From Polyangiales bacterium (lineage in GTDB: Bacteria > Myxococcota_A > Polyangia > Polyangiales > JADJQN01), in the NCBI GenBank assembly GCA_964202905.1, contig CAXNJO010000009.1, forward strand, positions 152,968 to 216,967: a stretch of DNA of 64,000 bases, read 5' to 3'. This document shows, piece by piece, positions 37,196-46,622 of the stretch (position 1 is its first letter; every line of letters begins with the position of its first letter). The notes below the pieces were generated by a model. That model searched no databases, had not been told where the DNA came from, and saw nothing but the letters and a program-made list of their open reading frames with translations. The position numbers were made by a program, and so were the translations under genes.

Positions 37196-39877
37196 TCACG
37201 GCCCCGCGTCCGGCGCGGGCGCAGGTCCCACCCCGCCGTCGAGCCCGGCGCCTTCGGCCGCGAGCTCCATCATCTCCTCCATCGTGAGGACACGCTGCGG
37301 CGCCGCGGGTGCATCGCCCGCCGGCGCGCCCTCCTCGGCCTGACGCATCATCTCCTCCATCGTCATCGCACCGCCGCCCCCGGCTGCGCGAGGCGCGGCT
37401 TCGCCGGACCCGTCCGCATCGTCGACCACCTCGGCCGGGCGTCCGGTCGACGTGCCCTCCGTCGGTGGGATCAGCCAGTTCGCGACGCCTACCGAGGGCG
37501 CATCGGTGAAGGTGATGATGCCGAGTCCGACCAGCATGACCGCCACGAAGGGCAGCGCCGCGCGCGTGATGTACCCGACGGGCTTGTTGAAGAGCGTGCT
37601 CGCGATGAAGAGGTTCAACCCGACGGGCGGCGTGAGATAGCCGATCTCGAGGTTGACGATGAAGATGATCCCGAAGTGCAGCGGGTCGATGCCGGCCGCG
37701 AGCGCCATCGGGGCGAGCAGCGGCACGAAGATGAAGATCGCGCTCATGATGTCGAGCAGGCAGCCCACCACGAGCAGCAGCAGGTTGACCACGATGAGGA
37801 ACTGCCAGGGCGCGAGATGCATCGAGTCGACCCAGTCGGCCGCGAGCGCGGGCAGGCCCTGCATGTCGAGGAACTCGCCGAAGGTCATGGCGACCACGAG
37901 GATCACGAGGAACGAGCCGAGCATCACGCCCGTTTCCTGGAAGACGCTGGGGATCTCCGAGAGCTTGACCGCGCGGTGGATGAACACCTCGACGACCACG
38001 GCGTACACGACGCTGAAGCACGCGGACTCGATCGCGTTGAAGATGCCGCTGAAGATCCCGACCGAGATGATCACCGGGAAGAGCAGCGCCCAGATGCCGT
38101 CTCGGGTCTCGCGCCAGAGCGTCGATAGCGAGAACGCCTGCCGGGGGGTCTTGTCGCGGAGCCCCTGGACCACGCCCATCGCCATCAGGATCGAACCGAT
38201 CACGAAGCCCGGACCGTAGCCGCACGCGAAGAGTCGCTCGACCTGGATGGGCGCGGTCGTGTTGACGATCGCGTACACGATCATCGGGATGGACGGCGGA
38301 ATCAGGATGCCGAGCGAGCCGGCGCTGGTCACGAGTCCGTACGAGAACTCCTTCTTGTAGCCCTGCGCGATGAGCGACGGCGCCATCATCCCGCCGATCG
38401 CGACGACGGTCGCCGGCGACGAACCGCTGATCGCCGCGAAGATCATGCACGCGAGGACCGCGCTCACGGCGAGGCCGCCGGGTAGCCAGCCGACGAGCGC
38501 CATCGAGAAGGCGACGAGTCGCTTCGAGATCTCGCCGCGCCCCATGACGGCGCCGCTCATGATGAAGAAGGGGATGGCGAGCAGCGCCTGGTTGTCGGCG
38601 AGGCCGCGAACGCGCTCGATCAGCGTGAGGTCGTTGAAGCTCGTGAGCCCCCCCCAGAGGAAGAAGCAGAGCACGGCGACGATGCCGAGGAGCACGAACA
38701 TCGGGAGCCCGAGGGCGACCATCACGAGGATCGCCGCGCCGAGCAGGCCGCCCTTGCCGAGGAAGCAGAGGCCAACCGCGACGACGGCGACGATCGCGAG
38801 GACGACGGGCTTACCGCGGCGCTCGGCCTCCTCCGCATCTCGCTGCGCGGCCAGCATCTCCGGCGTCTTCTCGGCACTCTGGGCCGCCTTCTCAGCGTCC
38901 TCCATGCCCTCGGCCTTCGCGGGCGTCCCGTAGTCGCCACCGCGGAGCGCGCTCACGGCCGCCGCGATGAAGCGAACCATCGTGAGCCCGAACGCGATCG
39001 GCACCGCGACCGTCTGCACCCAGTCCGGGACGCCTGTTTGCGCGAGCCGGCCTCCGATCGCGTAGAGGCCCGTGGCCGGAAGGAACACGTAGCGGTAGCC
39101 GAGGTAGGTGAAGAGCAAGCAGAAGGCGGCCGTGACGAGATAACCGGCGGCGCGGACGTACGCCCGGAAGCGCGCCGGGATGGCCTTGTCCAGCGACTCG
39201 ACGCGGATGTGCTTGCCGATCGGCACGCAGACGCTCGCGCCGAAGAACCCCACCCAGAGGATGAGGAGCATCGAGAGCTCCTTCGCCCACGTGTAGTCGT
39301 CGGGGAAGAAGGTGAACGCGATGTAGACGAAGAGTGGCGCGAACACGAGCGCGGCCGCACCGAGTCGCGCGGCCCACGCGCGCTCCTTCGCGCGCACGGT
39401 GGACGCGATGTAGACGACCAGCGACGCGCCAAAGAGCAACAGATAGACGTTCCGCGACGCGGTCGAGAGCATCAGCCACGCGAGGCCGACGATGCCGATC
39501 GTGAGGCCGAGGGCGACCACGAAAGCCGACCCCGGGAACGGGAATACGCGCGTGCCCTTGCGACGCTGCGCCTCGACGGATCCGACGAGCATCACGAGAT
39601 ACGTGAGCAGCACGGCGGCCCACGGCGCGACGTTCGCGTCGAGCGCGGCGCGCGCGGCGGGCTCGGTGATCCCGGCGATGCCAGCGAGGATCGCGCCGAC
39701 CTTGCTGTCGGGTGCGACGAGTCGCCGATACGCGACGTCGAGAAAGACCATCACCGTCGTCGCGATCAGCGCGAACGAGAGCAGGCCGCTCTCGGCGCGG
39801 AAGACGAGGTCGTCGAGCGCACGGAGGGGGTTGCGCTTCGAATCGCGGGCGGTGGGCACGGCGGCCTGGGCGGACAT
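37196..39877 (-). CDS. TRAP transporter fused small+large permease (DctQM), copy 1
   Basis: Q motif WAKELS..WVGFFGAS..HIRVE; M motifs LLAIPFF, AISGSSPAT, GSLGILIPPSIP, GCLLDI, EIGYLTPPVGLNLF. Confidence 0.92.
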   Translation of the reverse strand: MSAQAAVPTARDSKRNPLRALDDLVFRAESGLLSFALIATTVMVFLDVAYRRLVAPDSKVGAILAGIAGITEPAARAALDANVAPWAAVLLTYLVMLVGSVEAQRRKGTRVFPFPGSAFVVALGLTIGIVGLAWLMLSTASRNVYLLLFGASLVVYIASTVRAKERAWAARLGAAALVFAPLFVYIAFTFFPDDYTWAKELSMLLILWVGFFGASVCVPIGKHIRVESLDKAIPARFRAYVRAAGYLVTAAFCLLFTYLGYRYVFLPATGLYAIGGRLAQTGVPDWVQTVAVPIAFGLTMVRFIAAAVSALRGGDYGTPAKAEGMEDAEKAAQSAEKTPEMLAAQRDAEEAERRGKPVVLAIVAVVAVGLCFLGKGGLLGAAILVMVALGLPMFVLLGIVAVLCFFLWGGLTSFNDLTLIERVRGLADNQALLAIPFFIMSGAVMGRGEISKRLVAFSMALVGWLPGGLAVSAVLACMIFAAISGSSPATVVAIGGMMAPSLIAQGYKKEFSYGLVTSAGSLGILIPPSIPMIVYAIVNTTAPIQVERLFACGYGPGFVIGSILMAMGVVQGLRDKTPRQAFSLSTLWRETRDGIWALLFPVIISVGIFSGIFNAIESACFSVVYAVVVEVFIHRAVKLSEIPSVFQETGVMLGSFLVILVVAMTFGEFLDMQGLPALAADWVDSMHLAPWQFLIVVNLLLLVVGCLLDIMSAIFIFVPLLAPMALAAGIDPLHFGIIFIVNLEIGYLTPPVGLNLFIASTLFNKPVGYITRAALPFVAVMLVGLGIITFTDAPSVGVANWLIPPTEGTSTGRPAEVVDDADGSGEAAPRAAGGGGAMTMEEMMRQAEEGAPAGDAPAAPQRVLTMEEMMELAAEGAGLDGGVGPAPAPDAGP

Positions 39878-39987
39878 GGCGCGCATCTTCACCGAATAGC
39901 GCGCAGGGCGGAAGAGCCGCGCGCCGTGACGCAGTGCGTTGCGTGCAAACACCCCGGGGCGCGACGAAGCAGGCGGGGCCGCGACCG

Positions 39988-40017
39988 TTGACACCGCGTC
40001 CCCACGCGGGCTACGCA
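39988..40017 (+). promoter_or_regulatory. Putative sigma70 promoter for tatT
   Basis: TTGACA-N18-TACGCA, 9 nt before ATG 40027. Confidence 0.45.
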
Positions 40018-40026
40018 CCGTCGCCT

Positions 40027-41214
40027 ATGACCCGCACCGTCGCCGTCTCTCTCGCCCTCGCCGCGCTCGCCCTCGCGGGCTGCGACATGGCCGCCTTCGC
40101 CGCCGGCTCGACCATCAAGGTCTTCGTCCGCGCCTCGCCCGGGATCCAGCGTTACCGCGATCCGGACCTCGCGGAGGCCGCGATCCCCGGATCGATCTCC
40201 CAGCTCGAGGGCGTGATGATCCTCAAGCCCGAGAACGCCGATCTCCGCGGCCTGCTCGCGCGGAGCTACGGCTCGTACGGCTACGGCTTCCTCGAGGATC
40301 GCATGGAGCGCGCCGTCGTCGCCGACGACCCCGAGGGCGCCGAGCACTTCCGCGCGCGGGCCTCGATGGCGTACGCCCGCGGCAAGGAAGTCGCCATGGA
40401 GATGATGACCGTCTGGGAGGACGGCGACGGCGGCGCCATGGGCGCGCACGGCCGCGGGATCGACGCCTGGAAGAGCTACCTCGCCCGCTTCGACGACGCC
40501 GATCAGGTGCCCGTGCTCTTCTGGTGCGCGTACAACTGGGCGCGCTACATCGGCGTCAACCGCGCCGACATGGGCGCGGTCGCGGACCTCGAGTTCGTGC
40601 GCGAGCTCGCGAACCGCGTGTTGCAGCTGGATCGCAGCTACTTCCACTACGCCCCCGTCGCGATGCACGCCGGCATCCTCGCGACCCTGCCCGCGGCGGT
40701 CGGCGGCCAGCCAGAGGTCGCGAAGGCCGAATTCGACGAGGTCATCCGCCTCACCGAGCGCAAGAACCTGCTCTACCTCGTCACCGAGGCACAGCTCGTC
40801 GCCGTCGCGCTTCAGGACCGCGCGCTCTATCGCTCGCTGCTCCAGGAGGTCATCGACGCGGGCGACATCGACCCCGACAACCGCCTCGGCAACCTGATCG
40901 CGAAGCGCCGCGCCGCGCGCTACCTCGCGCGGATCGACGAGCTGTTCGAGCCGGTCGAGGGCGAGACGCCCGCCGCGCAGCCGCAGGGCAGCTGCGACGA
41001 GCCCGGCGCGAACGAGAGCTTTCGAGGACTTCAACCGCCGCTGCACGGTGATGGAGGGCAGCGCCGCGCCCGAGGCGGCGCCGCAGCGGCGGCGCCCGCA
41101 GCGGCGGCGCCCGCAGCGGCGCCCGAGGCCGCGCCCGCCGAGACCGCGTCCGCGGCACCCGCGCCGGCCCCTGCAGCGCCCGCGCGCCCCGCGCGGCGCG
41201 GCTCCCCCCGCTGA
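40027..41214 (+). CDS. TRAP transporter T-component (TatT-type TPR lipoprotein); paired indels in the C-terminal tail
   Basis: Lipobox LAGC; DPDLAEAAIP; YGYGF; GGQPEVAKAEF; QDRALYRSLLQEVI; NLIAKRRAARYL; adjacent to dctP. Confidence 0.85.
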   Translation: MTRTVAVSLALAALALAGCDMAAFAAGSTIKVFVRASPGIQRYRDPDLAEAAIPGSISQLEGVMILKPENADLRGLLARSYGSYGYGFLEDRMERAVVADDPEGAEHFRARASMAYARGKEVAMEMMTVWEDGDGGAMGAHGRGIDAWKSYLARFDDADQVPVLFWCAYNWARYIGVNRADMGAVADLEFVRELANRVLQLDRSYFHYAPVAMHAGILATLPAAVGGQPEVAKAEFDEVIRLTERKNLLYLVTEAQLVAVALQDRALYRSLLQEVIDAGDIDPDNRLGNLIAKRRAARYLARIDELFEPVEGETPAAQPQGSCDEPGANESFRGLQPPLHGDGGQRRARGGAAAAAPAAAAPAAAPEAAPAETASAAPAPAPAAPARPARRGSPR

Positions 41215-41357
41215 ACAACACCGCGAATCACCGCCGCGACACGCACCCGCGGCGCGCGACAGCCAAGCTCGACGACAGACGGACACCGAGCGCGCGCGGC
41301 CCGAGGATGAATCCACGCGCGCGCCGGCCGTCCATGGCCCCACGAGGAGATGATCGA

Positions 41358-42356
41358 ATGAGAAAACATGCGGTTTGGATGCTCGCCCTCGCCTTCGCAG
41401 GGCTCATCGGGCACGGCGCGGGCTCGGCACAGACTCCGGCGACGACGACGCTGTCGTTCGCGACGCTCGCTCCCCCCGGCTCGACCTGGATGCGCGTATA
41501 CGACTCGTGGACGCGCGAGGTCCGTCGCCGCTCGAATCAATCGCTCACCCTGCGGTTCTACGCGGGCGGCGTGCAGGGCGACGAGTCGGAGGTCATCCGC
41601 AAGATCCGCAACGGACGCCTCGACGGCGCCGGCGTGACGGCGGTCGGGCTCGGGCAGGTCTACCGCCCGGCGCTCGTCTTCCAGATGCCCGGCATCCTGC
41701 GCTCGTACGAGCAGCTCGACCGCGCCCGGGAGGCGTTGCAGACCGACATGGAAGCGGGCTTCAGCGGCGCGGGCTTCCGGCTCATCGGCTGGGCCGACGT
41801 CGGGCAGGCGCGCCTCTTCTCGACGGCGCCCATCCGCGTCCCGGCGGATCTCGCGAGCCGCAAGCCGTTCGCGTGGCGCGACGACTCGGTGCTCCCGACG
41901 CTCTACTCGATCATCCGCTCGAACCCCGTTCGTCTCCAGCTGCCCGAGGTGCTCGGCGCGCTCCAGACCAACCGCATCGACACGCTCATCACGCCGCCCG
42001 TGCCGTGCGTGCAGCTGCAGTGGTGCTCGCGCCTGACGCACATGATGGACTCGCCGCTCTCGATCGTGCTCGGCGGCACCGTGATGTCGAAGGCGAAGTG
42101 GGACGCGCTCACGCCCGAGCAGCAGACCATCCTCCGCGAGACGGGCGCGCAGTTCCACGCGCTCGCGCGGCGCAACCTCCGCAACGACGAGCGCACCGCG
42201 CTCACGACCATCGCGTCGCGCGGGATTCAGGCCGTCGCGATCACGCCCGCCCAGCGCGCGGAGTGGGAGCGCCTCGGCACGCAGGTGCGGGAGCGCCTCA
42301 CCGGGCAGATCGCCGACGCCGCGCTCATCGCGCGCGTGAGCGCGTTCGGCCGCTGA
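41358..42356 (+). CDS. TRAP substrate-binding protein (DctP/TatP type)
   Basis: GAGGAG SD; signal peptide; ATLAPPGSTW; YAGGVQGDE..KIR.GRLD; EVLGALQT; WDAL.PEQQ. Confidence 0.92.
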   Translation: MRKHAVWMLALAFAGLIGHGAGSAQTPATTTLSFATLAPPGSTWMRVYDSWTREVRRRSNQSLTLRFYAGGVQGDESEVIRKIRNGRLDGAGVTAVGLGQVYRPALVFQMPGILRSYEQLDRAREALQTDMEAGFSGAGFRLIGWADVGQARLFSTAPIRVPADLASRKPFAWRDDSVLPTLYSIIRSNPVRLQLPEVLGALQTNRIDTLITPPVPCVQLQWCSRLTHMMDSPLSIVLGGTVMSKAKWDALTPEQQTILRETGAQFHALARRNLRNDERTALTTIASRGIQAVAITPAQRAEWERLGTQVRERLTGQIADAALIARVSAFGR

Positions 42357-42424
42357 GTCCGACGCAGCGCGTCATGCGCTGCGACGCGATTTAGAGCATC
42401 AGAAGCGCTCAGGTTTTACGTACG

Positions 42425-42462
42425 ATGCGCGGCGCGAGGAGACTCGCGTCGCGCATTCGTTT
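42425..42462 (+). terminator. Hairpin between tatP and permease copy 2 (terminator, attenuator or mRNA stabiliser)
   Basis: 14-bp stem ATGCGCGGCGCGAG / CTCGCGTCGCGCAT with GAGA tetraloop followed by TCGTTT; second 8-bp hairpin at 42363-42383. Confidence 0.6.
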
Positions 42463-42489
42463 GCCGTCTACAGAGAGAGCACCCACGAG

Positions 42490-45339
42490 ATGGCTGGAGC
42501 CGCCCCGACCGCCAAGCCCGCACCGTTCCTCCAACCGCTCGACCTGCTCGATCGCGGGATTCTCCTCGCGGAGAGCTCGCTCAGCGTCGTCGTCGTGATC
42601 GTGATGGTGCTCGCGGCCGTGCTCGACACGCTGAGCGGCGCGCTGCAATCGTTCGCGGGCATCCAGCTCAAGTTCGCGCAAGGCGCCGGCGATGTGCTGA
42701 TGAACGGCACGATCTGGGCGGCCTTCCTCGGGGCGAGCTTCGCGACGCGGGGGCGCCGTCACCTCGCCATCGACGCCATCGGGCGACTGCTCCCGGACCG
42801 CGCGCGGCGCGTCACGGTGGCCGTCGCCGCGACGCTCGGGGCCGTCGTCGCGTTCGCGCTCGCGCGCGGCGTCTACGAGGCGCTCGCGGAGCAGGCACAC
42901 ACGGTGGCCGAGCAGGTCCGCGCGAACCTCGAGAACGGCATCGCGGATGCGCGCGTCGATCGCTCGTACGAGTACCACTACGTCATCCCGTTCGGCTTCG
43001 TGCTCATCGCGCTGCGGCTGCTGATGCATGGCTTCCACGAATTCCTCGCGGCCTTCCGCGGGGGCGCGGCGCACTCGCCGATCGAGCCCGCGTCGGACAA
43101 GTCGCGCGTGCACCACGCCGAGCCCGAGGACGCGACGCGCCCCGCGGACGAGGGCGTCCCCGCCGAGGCCGCCGTGCCCGCGGAGCTCGAGACGCGCGTC
43201 GCGCCGGTGTCGCAGGCCTCCGGCGCGGAGATCCTCATCGCCATCGGCGCGCTCGTCGCCGTCGTCGCCGCGAGCGCGCGCAGCACGATCGCGACGCCGG
43301 TCGCAGTCCTCGCCGGGCTCGCGGTGCTCACCCTCGGCATCCCGCTCGTGCTGCGCTGGCGCAAGCGCGTGGCGGGCTCGGCCAGCTGGTTCGCGGCGCC
43401 CATCCCGAGCCAGGAGAATCCGCTCACCGACCCGAAGCCCCTCGAGCTCGTCGTCGCGCTCGCGGGCGTCGGCGCGGTGCTGGCGCTCGCCAGCTTCGGC
43501 ATCGCCCACATCGAGTCCATCCCCGTCGGGGTCGGCGTGGCCTTCTTCGCGGGCATGGCGCTCATCGGCGCGCCGCTGTTCACCTTCCTCGGCGGCCTCG
43601 CGCTCTTCCTCTGGCTGCACGGCACGGCGGACATCACGCCGCTGAGCCTCCCGCAGGCCGTCGAGGACGTGCTCGGCTCGCACTTCGCGCGCATGAGCGC
43701 GCTGCCGACGATCCCCGTCTTCACGCTCGCCGGCTACCTGATGAGCGAGGCGAAGACGGCGCAGCGCCTCGTGCGCGTCGCGCGCGCCTTCCTCGGCACG
43801 CTGCCGGGCGGCATCGCCGTCGTGTGCATCGTCGCCTCCGCGCTCTTCACGGTCTTCAGCGGCGCGAGCGGCATCACCATCGTCGCGATCGGCGGCCTGC
43901 TCTTCCCCGCGCTGCTCCGCGACAAGTACCCGGAGCGCTTCTCGCTCGGCCTCGTGACGACGGGCGGCGCGCTCGGCATCACCTTCTTCCCGTGCCTGCC
44001 GCTCATCGTCTACGGCATCGTCGCCGGCTTGCAGGAGCCCGCGCCCGGTCAGGAAAAAGTCGAGATCCAGAAGCTCGCCATCGCGGGCATCGCCCCCGGC
44101 CTGCTCATCATCGTCCTGCTCTCGCTCTACGCCGTCTACATCGGCATCCGCCACAAGGTGCCGCGCTCAAAGTTCGAGCTGCGGGAGGCGCTCGCCGCGC
44201 TCTGGGACGCGAAGTGGGAGCTGATGCTGCCCGCGCCCGTCTACTTCGGCCTGATCTTCGCGGGCCCCGGCGGCGCGGCGGCGTTCACCGCGTTCTACGT
44301 GCTCATCATCGAGACCTTCGTCTACAAGGACCTCTCGCTCACGAAGGATCTCCCGCGGATCATCCCGGAATCGATGGTGCTCGTCGGCGCGATCTTCGTG
44401 AAGATCTGCGCCGCCACGGTGCTCACGTTCTTCTTCGTGCAGGCGCAGACGGCCGACAAACTCTTCGAGAGCCTCACGTGCGGCCCCGAGGCGCAGGCCT
44501 ATCTCGCGGCGCACTCGGACGTGCTCGGCACGTGCCGCGAGGCGGTCGCGGCGCTCGCGGCGGAGGGCAAGCCGGCGGGCGGTCTCATCGACTCGCCGAT
44601 CACGTTCCTGCTCGCCCTCAACGTGTTCCTGCTCGTCGTCGGCATGCTGATGGACATCTTCTCGGCGATCGTCGTGATCGTCCCGCTCATCAGCGGCATC
44701 GCGCTCTTCTTCGGGATCAACCCGTACCACCTCGGCATCGTGTTCCTGATCAACCTGGAGATCGGCTACCTGATGCCGCCGATGGGGCTGAACCTCTTCA
44801 TCGCGGGGTTCCGCTTCAACCGCCCCGTGCCCGACCTCTACCGCGTGGTGCTGCCCTTCATCGGCATCTTCGTGTTCTGCGTCGGCGTCACGACCTACTG
44901 GCCGACGCTGACGCTCTTCGCGCTGCCTGGGCAGTCCGAGACCACGCCCGGACCGACGGCGCCTGCGGAACCCACGCCGACGGACACCATCGCACCAGGT
45001 GGTGAGGGCGGCGACGCACCGCCCCCGGCGGGAGACTGCGATCAGCCGGGTGCGGACGAGTCGTTCGAGGACTTCGAGCGGCGCTGCCTCTCGGGCGACG
45101 GCGCCGGGGCGAACGACGCGCCCGCGCCGGCCGGCGGCGCGGCGATCCCCGCAGACTGCGAGCAGCCCCGGGCAGACGAGACGTTTGCGGACTTCGAGCG
45201 GCGCTGCATGGCCGCCGACGCGCCTGCGCCTGAAGCGGCCCCCGCTGACGCGCCCGCGGCGGCACCCGCAGAGGCGCCGGCGCCCGCGGCGGCCCCCGCC
45301 GACGCGCCCGCGCCGACCGCGCCCCCCGCCGCCCCCTGA
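42490..45339 (+). CDS. TRAP transporter fused small+large permease (DctQM), copy 2
   Basis: WAAFLGAS..HLAID; TIPVFTLAG; FSGASGITI; GMLMDIFSA; EIGYLMPPMGLNLF; Cys-motif tail. Confidence 0.92.
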   Translation: MAGAAPTAKPAPFLQPLDLLDRGILLAESSLSVVVVIVMVLAAVLDTLSGALQSFAGIQLKFAQGAGDVLMNGTIWAAFLGASFATRGRRHLAIDAIGRLLPDRARRVTVAVAATLGAVVAFALARGVYEALAEQAHTVAEQVRANLENGIADARVDRSYEYHYVIPFGFVLIALRLLMHGFHEFLAAFRGGAAHSPIEPASDKSRVHHAEPEDATRPADEGVPAEAAVPAELETRVAPVSQASGAEILIAIGALVAVVAASARSTIATPVAVLAGLAVLTLGIPLVLRWRKRVAGSASWFAAPIPSQENPLTDPKPLELVVALAGVGAVLALASFGIAHIESIPVGVGVAFFAGMALIGAPLFTFLGGLALFLWLHGTADITPLSLPQAVEDVLGSHFARMSALPTIPVFTLAGYLMSEAKTAQRLVRVARAFLGTLPGGIAVVCIVASALFTVFSGASGITIVAIGGLLFPALLRDKYPERFSLGLVTTGGALGITFFPCLPLIVYGIVAGLQEPAPGQEKVEIQKLAIAGIAPGLLIIVLLSLYAVYIGIRHKVPRSKFELREALAALWDAKWELMLPAPVYFGLIFAGPGGAAAFTAFYVLIIETFVYKDLSLTKDLPRIIPESMVLVGAIFVKICAATVLTFFFVQAQTADKLFESLTCGPEAQAYLAAHSDVLGTCREAVAALAAEGKPAGGLIDSPITFLLALNVFLLVVGMLMDIFSAIVVIVPLISGIALFFGINPYHLGIVFLINLEIGYLMPPMGLNLFIAGFRFNRPVPDLYRVVLPFIGIFVFCVGVTTYWPTLTLFALPGQSETTPGPTAPAEPTPTDTIAPGGEGGDAPPPAGDCDQPGADESFEDFERRCLSGDGAGANDAPAPAGGAAIPADCEQPRADETFADFERRCMAADAPAPEAAPADAPAAAPAEAPAPAAAPADAPAPTAPPAAP
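45037..45207 (+). repeat. Two copies (120-nt period) of the motif C-x2-P-x-A-x-E-[ST]-F-x-D-F-E-R-R-C
   Basis: CDQPGADESFEDFERRC (45037-45087) and CEQPRADETFADFERRC (45157-45207). Confidence 0.9.
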
Positions 45340-45342
45340 GCG

Positions 45343-46620
45343 ATGGCGCGCGGGAAGCGGACGCGCGGCGCGCCGCCGCCGACGGGAGGTGGACGAGGCG
45401 CCCTGCTCTGGATCGCGCTGGTCGGGGTCGCCGGCGCGCTCGCGCTCGCCTTCGCGCGGACGCCCGCGCCGCGTCCGCGCCCTCTTCCGCCAGAAGAACT
45501 CGTCGAGATCGACATCCTCACCCCCGACGCGGGCGCGCCCGGCACAAGCGCGCCGGTCGTCGACCCAGCCACCGGGCTGCCACCGATGACCGGCGGCGAT
45601 CGCCAACTGATGGGCTCGCCATGGCACATCGGCATCTCCGGTGCGCGCGATCCCGCTGCCGCGCGCGCCGCGATCGAGCGTGCGTTCGACGAGGTCGCAC
45701 GCCTCGAGTCGCTGCTCAGCGAGTGGCGGCCGACGAGCGAGATCTCGCGCGTGTCCGCAGCGGCCGGCGGCGCGCCCGCGCGCGTCGGGCCGGAGCTGCT
45801 CGCGTGCGTGAAGGCGAGCCTCGAGGTGGCGCGCTGGAGCGACGGCGCGTTCGACATCTCGTGGGCGTCGCTGCGCGGCCTCTGGGACTTCAGCCGCGAC
45901 AGCGCGCACGTCCCGCCGACGCCCGACGCCGTCCGGGCGCGGCTCCCGCTGTGGAACTACCGCAACATCCTCGTCGACGAGGCCGCGAGCACGATCGCGC
46001 TCCGCAGAGCGGGCATGGCGCTCGGCCTCGGCGGCGTCGCGAAGGGCTACGCGCTCGACCGCGTCGCGGAGATCCTCGTCGCCGCGGGCTTCCCCGACTT
46101 CGTCGTCTTCGGCGGCGGGCAGGTGCTCGTCGGCGGCAAGCGCGGCGGCCGCGGCTGGCGCGTGGGGATCCAGCACCCGCGCACCCCCGAGCGCTACTTC
46201 GCGTTCGTCGAGGTCGAAGGCCCTGCCTCGGTCTCCACCAGCGGCGACTACGAGCACAGCTGGGAGCACGAGGGCCGGCGCTACCACCACATCCTCGATC
46301 CGCGCACGGGCTTCCCGAGCGAGCGCAGCGCCTCGGTCACGGTCATCTCACCGACGGCGCTCTGGGCGGACGCGGTCGACACCGCCGTCTTCATCCTCGG
46401 ACCGCGGCGCGGGCTGGACGCGCTGCGCACCGCACCAGGCGGGCCGCACGAAGCCATCGTGGTCGATCCGCAGCTCCGCCTCTCCGCGACGCCCGGCACC
46501 GAGCGGCGCCTCGTGATGCGCGCGACGCTCGACGCGGCGCATCGGCTCGGCGGCTGGACGGACGGAGACGCCGAGCCGGTCGCCGTGCCGCCGCTCCCGC
46601 CGCGCGCCGACGGCCCCTGA
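45343..46620 (+). CDS. apbE: FAD:protein FMN transferase ApbE with an N-terminal TM anchor
   Basis: LMGS; SEW..SEIS; SDGAFDI; LGGVAKGY; GGQ; STSGDYE; YHHILDPRTG; ADAVDTA. Confidence 0.92.
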   Translation: MARGKRTRGAPPPTGGGRGALLWIALVGVAGALALAFARTPAPRPRPLPPEELVEIDILTPDAGAPGTSAPVVDPATGLPPMTGGDRQLMGSPWHIGISGARDPAAARAAIERAFDEVARLESLLSEWRPTSEISRVSAAAGGAPARVGPELLACVKASLEVARWSDGAFDISWASLRGLWDFSRDSAHVPPTPDAVRARLPLWNYRNILVDEAASTIALRRAGMALGLGGVAKGYALDRVAEILVAAGFPDFVVFGGGQVLVGGKRGGRGWRVGIQHPRTPERYFAFVEVEGPASVSTSGDYEHSWEHEGRRYHHILDPRTGFPSERSASVTVISPTALWADAVDTAVFILGPRRGLDALRTAPGGPHEAIVVDPQLRLSATPGTERRLVMRATLDAAHRLGGWTDGDAEPVAVPPLPPRADGP

Positions 46621-46622
46621 CG

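Noticed and set aside
43850..43875. SGAS in permease 2 (and TGAT/SGAS in the 20240 lipoprotein) as ApbE flavinylation sites
   Set aside because: No upstream Asp of the Dxx[ST]GA[ST] motif; the permease SGAS is the membrane hairpin HP1
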